A DNA stretch of 64,000 nucleotides. Source: the human T2T-CHM13v2.0 reference genome, Homo sapiens. Position numbers and translations under genes: made by a program. Below the pieces are notes generated by a model, which was not told the origin of the DNA, searched no databases, and worked only from the letters and a program-made list of their open reading frames with translations. Of the stretch, positions 14,295-27,719 are shown piece by piece. The DNA lies in NCBI RefSeq assembly GCF_009914755.1, contig NC_060948.1; one strand, written 5' to 3'. Numbering within the stretch: the first letter of the stretch is position 1; each line of letters starts with the position of its first letter.

Positions 14295-16255
14295 AACAAA
14301 CAAAAAGGTACCAAGACCTTTCAGTGGGGGAAAGAATTGTCTTTAATGATGCTGGGACAACTGAATATCCAAATGCAAAAGAAGAAAGTCGAGACCCTAC
14401 TTCATACTATATAAAATGTTAACTCAAGATGAATCAATAACCTAAATATAAAAGCTAAAACTGTACCCCTTCGAAGAAAACACAGGTGTAAATCTTCTTC
14501 AAAGTGGATTCAGCAATAGATTATTACATATGACACCAAAAGCATGAAAAACAAAAATAGATAAATTATATTTTGTCAAAATTTTAAAATTTTATGCATC
14601 AAAGGAAGGACATTACCAAGAAAGTAAAAATCCAGCCTACAAAATGGGTGAAAATAATTGTGAATCATATTTTAATAAAGATCTAGTATTGAGAACATAC
14701 ATATAAACAACTTTTAACAACTCAACTACAAAAAACCTAACAATCCAATTTAAAAAGGAGCAAAGGACTGAATAGATATTTCTATAAAGAATATATACAA
14801 ATGGCAAACAAACATGTTTTACAAATGTTCAATACCATTAGTCAGTAGGGAAATGCAAATAAAGGCCACAATAAAGTATCACTTCACAGCCTCTAGGATA
14901 GCTATACTTTTTTTAAATGGAAAATTAACAAGTGCTGGTGAGAAATCAGAACTTGTACATTGCTGGTTATAACGTAATATGGTTCAGCTGCTGTGGAAAA
15001 CAGTTTGGCAATCTCTCAAATGATTAAACACACAATTACCATACGACCCTTAAGTTCATTGCTGTGTATACACCCCAGAGAATTAAAAATCGGAACTCAA
15101 CAAAAAATAACAGATGCTAGTGAGGTTGCAGAGAAAAGGGAACCCTTATACACCATTGGTGGAGTGTAAATTCATTCAACCCTTATGAAAAGCGGTACGG
15201 CAATCCCTCAAACAGCTAAAAGCAGAACTGCCATTCGACCCAACAATCCAATTACTGGGAATATACCCAGAGGAATATAAATCATTCTGCCTTAAAGACA
15301 AATGCACACAAATGTTCATTGCAGCACTATTCACAATAGCAAAAACAAGGAATCAACCTAAATGCCCATCAATGACAAATTGGATAAAGCAAATGTGGTA
15401 CGTATACACTATCAAATACTACGTAGCCATACAGAAAGAACAAGATCATGTCTTTTGCAGGAAGTGGATGGAGCTGGAGGCCATTATCCTCAGCAAACTA
15501 GTGCAGGAACAGAAAACCAAATACTGCATGTTCTCACTTATAAGTGGGAGCTAAATGATGAGAACTTGTGAATACAAAGAAGGAAACAACAGGCACTGAG
15601 GCGCACTTCAGGCAGGAGGGTGGGAGGAGAGAGAGGAGCAGAAAAGGTAACTGTTGGGTACTGGGTTTAATTCCTGGGTGATGAAATAATCTGTACAACA
15701 AACACTCCCATGACATGAGTTTATCTGTGTAACACGCCTTCACATGTACCCCCAAACCTAAAATAAAAGTATTAAAAAAGAAGAAAATAGGGACTCATAA
15801 ATAAGTACATGTGCACACATGTTCATAGCAGCACTATTTACAATAATCAAAAGGTAGAAACAGCCCAAAAGTCCAGCAGGGGGAATGGATAAACATAATG
15901 TGGTATATTCACGGAACGGAATATTATTCAACCATGAAAAGGAATGAAGTATTGGATACCTGCTGCAATGTATGCTAAGTGAAGAAAACATGCTAAGTGA
16001 AAGCAGATAAAACATCACATACTGCATGATTCAATTTATACGAAATATCCAGAAAAGGTAAGAGTGCACCTAGGTGGTTTCCAGCGATTGCAGTTGCAGA
16101 GGGATGGGGGAAAACGGCTTAAAGGTATTTTTACTTCGGCATGATGAAAACATTTTAGAACTAAGATAGAGGTGCTGTTTGTAAGACATTATGAATCTAC
16201 TTAGTGCTACTTTAAAATGGTTAATTTCATTATTTTAATTTCACCTCAACAAATT
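14295..16255 (+). mobile_element. L1MB 3' fragment with a nested older-L1PA 3' end (~15100-15785)
   Basis: ORF 15312..15554 resembles the ORF2 C-terminus; host sequence resumes after the tail; degenerate TSD aaaatcggaactca / aaaatagggactca. Confidence 0.75.
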
Positions 16256-16359
16256 ATTTTTTTAAAAGATTCTCCATATTCTAAACAAATCAGATCTGTT
16301 CTGTGTAAACCACTGCCTTCTAAGAAAAGGGCATGGAGTGAGATGGGATTGAAGTTTAA

Positions 16360-16590
16360 GTGACAGAGGAATTTAGGGTGGTAAACTGCGGGGCTCTGCA
16401 GTCAGACCCCTGACTCTGTAGCTAACTAGCTCTGTGACATTAGGTAAGATATTTTATAGTGTAAGTATTTGTGTTCCCATATATAAAAAATAAGAACAAT
16501 ATCTAACTTCACTAGGGTGTTGTAAGGATTAAATGAGGGGAGTTACTTAATGCAATTTTGTACAGAGCCTGCTGACACATGGTAAATTTT
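16360..16590 (+). mobile_element. MIR
   Basis: GGGCTCTGCAGTCAGAC...CTGTGACATTAGGTAAG...GGGTGTTGTAAGGATTAAATGAG. Confidence 0.7.
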
Positions 16591-17834
16591 AGCTCAACCT
16601 ATTCTAACTGAATTTTTTTCTCCCTCCAATTTTAAGTTGTCCATTTCGCATTATAGTCCTAGTTATAGCTTTCATAAAGCCCAGTCAAAAATATTTCTGT
16701 CTCTTGGATTAATTAAGAGCAAGGCTGACTAGAAGCCCCTAGAGCTTGTCTCCATCACAGATGCCAGAAAGACTAAAAAAACACTACGTTTTAATGAGAG
16801 TAACTGAAGGAGAGTTCCAGAGAAACTCAGAGGAATAGCAGGAACCCTGATGAGCACAGAAACAGAACAGCCACAAAGAGAATGGAAGGAAATGCCAGGC
16901 CTTCACCACTCCATCCCCAAATTGAGATAAGCTAGGAACAAAGAGGAACTTCTTCATACAGTGAGGAGGTAAGCAAGAGAACACCAGCAACCCCGATCAA
17001 CACCTTGGACATCCACAGACCTCACCATGGCAGAGGTGCCCTACGGTCCTCACAGGCACTACCTAAGCCCACCTGAAGGAGCTGTCTAGAGTTCACAAAG
17101 CTGTGCTCCCTTCAGAGAAGTAGCTAACACTATGTTCTCCTCTGTGGCCCACATGTCTACTGTGCTATACCATCTTGCAGCTAGACCTACGGCTGGAGTG
17201 TGTCGTGCTCAGGGTTCAAGTAGGCACAGGTCCCCTTCATCCCTGAGGCTAAACTGCCACCAAAACACCCCCAGCCTAGTGACTGAACATCCCCAAGGTG
17301 AGCTATAAGCATCTCTTACACACTTCTCCTGGGGCCAAGTGGAGGTGGAGCTGATCCACCTACTCTTCCCCTAACTCCTCAGGCCAGATCTGAAACAGTA
17401 CCCTGCCTCCAAGAAAACAATACCTTAGTCACTTTGAGCAGTCATGCCTCCCTGTGCCTAAGTTTTAGCAGTGCCCTGTATCCCAGAAAATGGTCTCTGG
17501 GCCACCTGGGGAATCAGTGCCCTGGCCAAGCTGAGCTAAACTGCTGTAGTACCTTGCATCACAGAGAGGCAAAACCGTGGCTGAACTGAGACAGTCTGCC
17601 CTACAGGCCAAACAACTCTAGTATCCTAATTCCCTGGAGAGCTGGACTAGCCACCAAGAGCGGGAGCTGCTGAGACACCCCTCTCCCTGGAAAGTAAAAT
17701 CATCACAGTGCTGTTTCCTGCCTAACAGGGCCCAAAGGACAGCTGTGCTCCACTATTCAGGGTACTTGCTACTGCTACACCTGGCCTCACAGAATCTGGA
17801 ATACTGCTGACTCCACCATCACAAGGTCTAGAGT

Positions 17835-17918
17835 CACTACTACTGCCACTACAACAACTATTACTACTACAACTACAACAACTACAACAACTACTACTAC
17901 TACTACAGCTACAACAAC

Positions 17919-17951
<33 letters not shown>

Positions 17952-17964
17952 TACTACTACTACA
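17835..17964. repeat. Compound (ACT/ACA/ACC)n trinucleotide repeat
   Basis: Seen directly; produces the poly-Val ORF on the minus strand. Confidence 0.95.
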
Positions 17965-19602
17965 ATGGGACCCACATTGCCACTGATACCTATTGGCTTG
18001 GGTTCCTGAATTGCAGCACTACCCTGCTCCCTAGGCCCAAACATCCAGAGCACCCCTTCTTCTCCAGAGTTGGTCCAGTGCTGCTCCCTGGCCACTAGGG
18101 ATAGAATCACAGCTACAACCCAAATCCCTGTAACCAAGCTGCTAGGGGGTACCTCAGAGTCACAGATCCTGGCTCTTTGGGCAACCTGCATTCAACCTCA
18201 CCACAGAGAATAAACAGGCACCCCAAGACCCAAGTGCCACACATAGTTCATGAAACCTTGAGCCTAGGACCCTAGCACCATAGCCATTTGGAGCACCTAA
18301 ACCTGGAACCCAGCACTGCTATAGCTACTTATAGGCCATGTCAGACCTGAATCCAGAAAGGATACTCTTGTCTAAATCTCCCCAGTGTGTGGAAAATGAG
18401 AATGAAGAAAACCCCCAAAGCCTTTGATATGGAGGTTATTAACAACTTATGCCATCATCACTACCACAAACTTGTATGGCCTAGGCAACTGAGGTACTCA
18501 CAGCTACTGCTGATATTGAATGCAGCCAAAGAAGCTGAATGAGGCCATACCACTTCAACTATCTTGAAAAAGAGTCACTGCACCCTTCTCAACTGGCACA
18601 CTAAAACTCAGATGCACGTGAAAGTCTTTCTCTACAAAAGCAAGAGAAAAGCATCAAGTCACATATAAGGGCATCTCCATTAGACTAGTAGTGGATTTCT
18701 CTGCAGAAGTCTTACAGGCCAGGAGAAAATGAGATGATATAATTCAACGTGCTAAAAAAAAAAAAAAAAAAAAAGAAAATTCAGTCAAGAATGCTATTCC
18801 CAGCAAAGCAATCCTTCATAAATGAGGGAGAAATAAAGTCTGCCTAAAGCAAGCAAAAACTGAGGGAGTCCATCAGTGCTAGACTGGCCTTACAAGAAAT
18901 GGTTAAGGAAGTCCTACATCTGGAAGTAAAAAGATGATGATCACTATTACAGAGACATATACAAGTATAAAGATCACTGGTAGAGCAGATATACAACAAA
19001 AGGAATAATAATCAAATCGTATCACTATAGAAATGACCAAACTGCAACGATAAACAATAAGGCAGAAATAAATGAACAAAGGATATACAAAACAACAAGA
19101 AAATAATTAACAAAATGACAGGAGTAAGTCCTCACCTATCAGTAATACCTTGAATGTAAACAGATTAAATTCCTCACATAAAAGACTTAGGCTAGCAGAA
19201 TGGATTGAAAAAAAAAAAAAAAAATTACCCAACTGGATGCTGCCTACAAGTAACTGACTTCACCTGTAAAGACACTTGTGTGATTACATAGACTGAAAGT
19301 GAAGGAACAGAAAAAGATATTCCATGTGAACCAAAACCAAAAGTGAATTAGAGTAGCTATACATATCAAATGAAACAGACTTCAAGTCAAAAACTGTAAA
19401 AAGAGACCAAAAAGGTCATTATGTAATGATAAAGGGTCCAATTGAGCCAGAGGATATAACAATTGTGAATATATATTCACCCAACATCAGAGCACCCAGA
19501 TATATAAAAACCAAATATTATTAAATCTAAAGGGTGAGATAGACTTCAATATAGTAATAGTTGGGGACTTCCAACACTCACTCTCTGCATTAGACAGATA
19601 TC

Positions 19603-19634
<32 letters not shown>

Positions 19635-20490
19635 CAGAAACCAACAAAGAAACATTTAACAGGAAATGAATCTGAGACCAGACAGACCTAACAGACATTT
19701 CTAGAACATTTCATCCAATAGCTGCAGAATACACATGCTTTTCATCAGTAAATTCTGCACATGGACTGTTCTTGGGGACAGACCACATGTTCATCCACAC
19801 AATTAAGTTTCAACAAATTTAAATGAACTGAAATCATGGTAAGTATCTTCTCTTAATCACAATGGAATAAAACTAGAAATCGATAACAAGAGTAACTTTT
19901 GAAATTACACAAATACATGGAAATTAAACAACATGCTCCTGAATGAGAAGTCAAATGAAAAAATTAAAACGATAATTTAAAAATTTCTGGAAACAAATGA
20001 AAACAGCAACATTTGAAAACCTATGCGATACAACAAAGCCATTTTAAGAGGAAAACTTACAGCAATAAATACCTGTATCCGAAAAGTGGAAATAAAATTA
20101 AAAACCTAACGATGCATATCAAGGAACTAGAAAAGTAAGCGCAAACCATGACCAAAATTAGTAGAAGAAAAACATAATGAAGATCAGAGCAGAAATAAAA
20201 TGGGGACTATAAAAATACAGAAGATCAACAAAAGAAAAAGTTGGTTTTGTGAAAAGGTAAACAAAATTTGCAAACGGTTAGCTACACAAACCAAGAATAA
20301 AAGAGAAAAAGACTCAAATAAATAAAATCAGAAATGAAATAGGAGACTACCAGAGAAATATAAAGGATCATTACAGACTATTCTGAACAACTATACACCA
20401 AAAAATCAGAGAACCTAGCAGAAAGAAATAGACAAATTCCTGGACACATAAAACCTACCAAGATTGAACCAGTAAGAAATAGAAAACACG

Positions 20491-20771
20491 GGCCGGGCAC
20501 GGTGGCTCACAGCTGTAATCCCAGCACTTTGAGAGGCAGAGGCGGGCGGATAATGAGGTCAGGAGATGGAGACCATCCTGGCTAACACGGTGAAACCCCA
20601 TCTCTACTAAAAATACAAAAAAGTTAGCTGGGCATCATGACAGGTGCCCGTAGTCCCAGCTACTCAGGAGTCTGAGGCAGGAGACTGGCATGAACCCGGA
20701 AGGAGGAGTTTGCAGTGAGCCGAGATTGCACCACTGCACTCCAGCCTGGGTGACAGAGAGAGACTCCCTCT

Positions 20772-20804
<33 letters not shown>
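20491..20804 (+). mobile_element. AluY
   Basis: GAGACCATCCTGGCTAACACGG diagnostic; long A tail; TSD aagaaatagaaaac. Confidence 0.93.
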
Positions 20805-20806
<2 letters not shown>

Positions 20807-23800
20807 AATAGAAAACCTGAACAGACCAATTATGAGTAAGAAGATTGAATCTGTAATAAACAGCCTCCCATCAAATAACTGAGGAACTGAGGGCTTCAAT
20901 GCTGAATTACACCACAAATTTAAATAAATAATAGCAATTCTTCTCAAACCCTTCCAGAAAGTTGAAGAGAATTCTTCAAAGTTCATTATTTGAGGTCAGC
21001 ATTACTCTGATACCAAATCCAGACAAGGACACAACAAAAAAAGAAAACTATAGACCAGTATCTCTGATTAACAGAAACGCAAAAAACCTCAACCAAATAC
21101 TAAGAAACTGAAACCAACAGCACATTAAAAAGATCATTCCCCATGACCAAGTGGGATTTATCCCAGGGATGCAAGGGATTCATCCCAGTAGAGCAGATAT
21201 ACAAGGGAGAAAGGAAAAACAATCAAACTTTATCACTACAGGAAAATACTAAACTGCAATGATAAACAATAAGAAAGAAATCAACAAAGGTTATAGAAAC
21301 CAACCAGAAAATAATTAACAAAATGACAGGATGTTTCCACATATGCAAACCAACTTAAATATGATACATCGCATTGACAGAGTGAAGAACAAAAACCATG
21401 TGATCATCTCAATAGATGCAGAAAAAACATTTGATAAAATTCAACAGGGCTTCATGATAAAAACTCTCCACAAGTCAGACGTAAAAGGAATATATCTGAA
21501 CACAATAAAGGCCATATATAATAAACCCACAACCAACATCATACTGAACAGGGAAAAATTCAAAGGATTTCCTCTAACATACGGAAGAGACAAAAATATC
21601 CACTTCACAACTTTTATTCAGCATAGTACCAGAAGTTCTAGCCACAGCAATTAGGCAAGGGAAAAAAAAGAGCATCCAGATTGGAAAGGAAGAAGTCAAA
21701 TTGTCCCTGTTTGCAGATATAAAACCTTTAAAACTCCACCAAAAAACTTTCAGTAGTCATAAATGAATTCAGTAAATTTGTTTGCAGACACAAAACCCTT
21801 AAAACTCCACCAAAAAAACTTTCAGAAGTGATAAGTGAATTCAGTAAATTTGCAGTACACAAAATTAATATACAAAAACCACTAGACTTTCTGTGTACCA
21901 ACAAGCAGCCAGCAGGAAAAAATAATCAAGAAAGCAATCCCGTTTATAATAGGTATAAAAAATAAAATAAAGTATCTAGGAATAAATTTAACCAATGAGA
22001 TAAAAACCTCTACAAGGAAAACTATTAAAAAACTTACAAAATAAATTAAAGATTACACAAAAAAGTAGAAAGACACCCCAACCCCATGTTCACAGGTTGG
22101 AAGAATTAATATTGTTAAAATAACCAATTCTGCCAAAAGTGATCTACAGATTTCATGCAATCCCCGTGAAAATGCCAAATACTTCTTCATAGAAATTAGA
22201 AAAAAAAATCATAAAATTCTATGGAACCACAAAAGACTCCAAGTAGCGAAAGCAATACTGAGTCAAAAGAATAAAGCTGAAGGCATCACGCTAGCGAATT
22301 TCAAAATGTACTGCAAAACTGTAGTAGTAACAAAAACAGCATGGCATGTTGAAGAGATCTCTGCACTCTCACGTTTATTGCAGTACTGTTCACAATATCC
22401 AAGATTTGGAACCAGCCTAAGTATCCGTCAACAGATGAATGCATAAAGAAAATGTGGTACATCTACACAATGGAGTACTATTGAGCCGTTAAAAAGGATG
22501 AGGTCCGGTCATTTGCAGCAACACGGATGGAACCAAGGACATTATTTTAAGTGAAATAAACCAGGCACAGAAAGACAAATGTCTTTATTCTCACTCATAT
22601 GTGGGAGCCAAAATAATTGATCTCATGGAGGTAAAGTGTAGAACAGTAGTTAACAGAGGCTATAGAGAGTGAGTGTTGGGGTTGGGGGACGGGAATTAAG
22701 GGAGGTTGTTTACTGGATACAAAAATACAGTTAGAAGGAATAAGTTCTAGTGTTTGACAGCACAGGAGGGTGACTATAGTTAACAATAATTTATTGTGTA
22801 GTTCCAAATAGGTAGAAAATGCTCCCCACACAAAGAAATGATAAATGTTTGAGGTGATGGATATCCCAGTTACCCTGTTTTGATCACCACACATTGCATG
22901 GAAGCATGAAATTGTCACAGATATCCCATAAATGTGTATAATTATTATGTATTAGTAAAAATATTTCTGTATTTTGATTTGGAGAGTCTGCTATCTATGA
23001 GATAGTATAAAAAGCAATGGCCCAGATGTCAAGTCTCAGTTTCTTATTTATCTGAATCCCAGGGTGTGTAAATTTAAGAAAATCACACCTAAAACCTAGA
23101 CATGTCTAGCACTTCAAAGGAGTTGACGAAGACCAAACGAAATCATATATACGAAGTAGCTCTGAAAACCCTAAAATCCTATACAAATTTCAGGGAGTAT
23201 GCATGTGATGAGAAGAATGGGATATGAAATCCTGCCTGCCACCTCCAGCATTTCATGAAGGAAAAACAGAAATTGTGCTTAGGGAATGCTGGCCTATGTA
23301 CCATTATTTCACTCATTTGTTAGTGTTCTACTCATTCAAGGCCCTCTCAGAAAAAAGGGAACTATTCTAGAAAATATCCTGAAGAGCCTAGCATAATGAG
23401 CTGTTTCCTACTACCAAAGAAGATACGCAAAAGACTACATTTCAGGACACAGTCATTCACCAAACCATGGCTGCTCTATACACAGACCACGTGGGAAGTT
23501 CTAGTTACTGAAATGTAAAGGCTGCAGAAAACTTAGGTGGGTTTGAGTGGGATGCAGGTGGGTAGATCTGTGGATGGGAAGCTAACCACATTGATGTGTT
23601 GCCCCAAATAATCTCATAGTAACACTATAAAGTAGATACTAGTATTGTTGTTTTACAGAGGAGGAAACCAAGACTCAGTGAGAAGCTCGTCCAAGCTTAC
23701 TCAGGAAGTATTTGGGGCTGGGATTTAAAGTTCACTCTTTTTTATGACATTCTAGTACCTAAGTGATCAGAGGCATTTAACAATGTTCGTAGGAGCATAG

Positions 23801-24865
23801 TTTGTAACAGCAATCAACGAATCAACACAATTTACATTTAAAATTTTAAAACAAAAAATAAAAGTCAATTGTCCCCCAGCAAGGGAAATAACAAACCGTA
23901 AAATATTCAACTGATACAACTAAAAAGCAGTGAAAATAAATAGAATCTCCCAGTCAACACGGATGAGTCTAACAATGTGCCAAAAAAAAAAAAAAAAAAA
24001 AAAATAGTTTCAGTATATGTTCTCTTAAAGTTCAAAATATTGTGAAAAGAAACATTTTATTCAGCAGATGATTAAACCAAAATTCAATTTAGGTGGTTTC
24101 TTCTTCTTGGGGAGGAAGAGGGTGTGATCAGGGAGGGCATATTTTTTAATTAATGAAATGTTCTATTTCTCAAGCCAACTTGGGTATTTATTATTCTTTA
24201 AATAAATATTTTTATACTTTTGAGTGAACTAAATGTGAAATTTTAAAACACAGACATATACAAAAAGAATATGGATATCAAATGCCTAAGGCTGTCTCTG
24301 GAACTTGATCTCAACATATTTTTTTGATATTGATCTGTTATTATCATTCTTGCTTAAAGGTGTTAAGAGGTATTAGTTAATTCCACAGCAGGAAAAGGAG
24401 CAATGACAGGCCATACTTTTCTAAAAACCATGGGTAATACTATTTGTAAAGTGTGTCAAGTGAGTCAAAGGCATAGTTCTTCACTCCAGGAGGCAAACAC
24501 AGTGTCTCTGTCCCCAGGATATCCACTCTGCCCTTTCCCACTCGAGCCTAGTCCCTCACCCTTGGCTTGCCTGCTCTTGGCCTTGGAATCCAGCTTTGCC
24601 TCTGTAGTCACTCCCTCCTGTCACTGATTTCTGGCCACAAGTCTTGGTTTTCAAACTTTCTATTCAATCTATTTCAGCCCATTCATGAGTCACTCTTGCC
24701 TGTGGACAGCTGGCATTCCCAGGCACGGGCTTGGCAGGGAAAGATGAATTCGGTGAATTAAGCCAACGGAATCCTTTATGAAAGTCATAGTTGACCTGAC
24801 AGGGCTGTTTCTATCCTAAATCCAGGGGTAGCTTGAGATGATCTAATGAGAGCTCCCCAGCTGAG

Positions 24866-25030
24866 GCCATATTTCTCAAAGTATGTTACGGTGGTCAGAA
24901 TCACCTGGGGCACATGTTAAAAATGCAGATTACTGGGCCCATCCAGAGCATTAGAATAAGAGCATCTGAGAATGGGGCCCAGGATTTGGCTTCTGAAAAA
25001 CACCCCTTATGATAGCTCTGATGCTCTTTG
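24866..25030. mobile_element. MER5A-like element
   Basis: TCAGAATCACCTGGG...TGTTAAAAATGCAGATT...GGGCCCAGGA motifs. Confidence 0.65.
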
Positions 25031-25739
25031 ACTTCCCTGTAAAATTGGTATCTTGAGGAAACGTGCCCTATCGAATACTGCGCTGATCTAAACATGGACA
25101 CAACTTTGGATGGTGAGCATATCGGTTTGTCAAAGACCCATCACCAACCAAAATGATGAGCAACAACCAAGTCATGTTCAGGAAAAAAAAAAAAAAAAAA
25201 AGTGCAGGTCACGCTTTCCTCAATATAGTGGGTTTACTGCTTAAACACTGTTCAGATTTTACTCACAGTGAAGCTGCTCCAACACCAGGTAGGGGATCAG
25301 CATAGGTAAAAACAAGGAGAAAAATGTCCTCTGCCTTTTAAATTACCTCTCTCCATTCTTATGGGCCTAGTCAGATTTATGGAGGGTGTGAAGGAGGCGG
25401 GAAGAGTCCTATCAAAATTTTTAAACAAATGTACAAGGGCAGAGGGGACACGTCCACTTAAACAGCTGGCCTGGCTGTATCATTATCAACTGCCTTTCTT
25501 CTGGAGTTTCATCTAAGATTGAGCCAGAATGGAGTGTGTCTCTATCCATGTTATTTTGGGCAAAGACAATAGATGTGATTAGAACCTTAGTGTATTTTTG
25601 TTATTCTATAAAAAGATCTGATTGAGGGTTATGAAACCTCCAATTTTCCAAAGTGCTTAAAATGTTACTATTGCTTCAAATTTATAAGGAGTGTTCATGA
25701 CCTGAATATCCCAGTCATGCAAGTATTTGTTCTATTGTT

Positions 25740-25818
25740 AAAGACCTAGTGAACCGGTATCTTGAAGTTTCATGTGGAAAAGACCTAGTGAACCGGCATC
25801 TTGAAGTTTCATGTGGAA
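25740..25818. repeat. 39-bp direct tandem duplication (2 copies, 1 mismatch)
   Basis: aaagacctagtgaaccgg(t/c)atcttgaagtttcatgtgga twice. Confidence 0.95.
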
Positions 25819-27719
25819 TTCCTGGCATGCAGCATTAATGAAGGTGCACGTAAGATACAAAGCCTTGTCTTGGGAAAACGAACTACAGACTTAACTAGAG
25901 AACTGTTTCAGACCAGTTAAAAACGTAAAATACAGCGACCATAGAGTTTAATTGTACAGTGGTAGAGTGGTAGTTTCAACTTCTGTACCAAGAGACAATT
26001 TTTTTTTTTTTTTTTTTTTTGCGTTTACTTAGGATTGGCCCACAGCTACATCCATACTGGACAGATGTTTTTAACTCTAAATGCAATGTTGAATTGTCTA
26101 TTATTTCTTTGCTATGCAGATTATCTTGCATGAGCATTCAAAAACATGTTTATAGTTTGAACTTCTTATGTCTATTGTTTTCTACTACAAAATGTACTGT
26201 CTACAGATGGAAAGTTCTGTCTTTGGTGAGTGGCAAGGAATTGCTCACAACAATCAGTTACATACAGAGACATACTACACATGTTGGGAAGGGATAGATT
26301 ACACTTATCAAAATATGTACAGGAGCAATCCTTATCTAGGGATTCCAAATGATCATACTCAATAGCTGGCCCATTCACAAGACTTGGTCAATGTAAAATA
26401 CTGCTACTTTTTTCTCCCTTATGTTTCCCCACTTTCTCTATTGGCATCTTTGTGAAAGCAAGGTGGCACGCTGCCTTATCGTTGCTGCTCCTCATTACCC
26501 TCAACTGACAGCAAGGAAAGCAGGCAAGGCGATTAAGCAATGTGGCAGCCCATTTTTATCAGTTTACCTTTAAAAAAAAGCCAAGAAAAATTTAGTGAAG
26601 AGGGGGCTAGAGGTGCTTTATAACGAGAGGGAAATGCTGTGGAGTATTTATTTTTAAGAGTCAATGACTTCCTTGCCAGACAGGTACTACCAATTCTGAA
26701 GTTATTTTGAATTAAAGGTAATCTGATTTTAGAAAAAGAAAAAAACCAACATGCAGAATACACTTAAGGAGGTGACCAACCTTTTTAGAGCTGCTTGATT
26801 TCACCATAACTTGAACTTTTTACAAAAAAGTGCTTAACTGTTATTTTTCAATTCCAAAGATTTTTGTGGTAATAATTTAATAGGAAACTAGAAACAAGCT
26901 GGTGTAAAGCAACTATCTTAAACCATATGTAGTCTAGTTTTGGGGTCTGAAAATACTGAAAACCTACTAGCTTGATCAGCTAGAACCAAATATTCTGGAT
27001 AATCGTTAGTATGTACATAACCATAAATATATGCATATATAGACACATATGTACACATATATACACATAGGCACATAAAAGAATTACTAATTTTTTGCCT
27101 ATTATTGGACACTAAACATCACAATTTAATCTTTGGTGATGCAGAAAGCACTGTTTGCTATCCTGCGTATCCTTGGAGTCAACTTTCTGGTTATGAATCA
27201 GCAAGCTTACTAACTAATGAAATACAGGAGTGTCTGAGGAGTTTCCTCTCCACTGGACTCAGCTTATAGAACTGAGTACTAACACTAAAGCTAGAAGAAG
27301 CGGTACTGATTTTTTTTTTTTATGGTATCCACAGGAAGTACCTGCAATATAAAAAAATTAAGCTCCCTTAGGCAACTGCAATACCCCGAAATAAATGATC
27401 TAGAGACTAGGCCCAAAGTGTACAGTAGACAAAATGCTTCATAGGGTCCAAAATGTGAGGGACCTTAGCCGTGAGATAGCAGAGTCGGATGTGTTCATCA
27501 GCATTCCTAGTCTGCACTGCTGTTGATGCACCTCTTAAACTTATCTTTGTACCTACATTTGCTTTTATGGGCTAACTCAGACAGATTAGTATACTGAACT
27601 TTATACTTCTGCATTTTAAGAATCTAAAGCTTGTTATACGAATTTAAACCTTGTTACACAGTTCCCACGCAACTCCCCACCATTTTACATTATTACATCG
27701 GAAAGCCAAAAACACATTT

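Larger units (their letters stand above)
16715..22962 (+). mobile_element. Old, near-complete but internally deleted L1 (L1MA-type 3' end)
   Basis: GC-richer 5' region 16.7-18.6 kb, ORF1 end, degenerate ORF2 from ~19115, L1MA-type 3'UTR 22600-22960. Confidence 0.78.

Noticed and set aside
17787-18191. 134-aa poly-valine ORF
   Set aside because: Reverse read of the (ACN)n microsatellite inside an L1; no splice or promoter support
25945-26020. tRNA-like 5' motif (TACAGTGGTAGAG) followed by poly-T
   Set aside because: No cloverleaf, B box or acceptor stem
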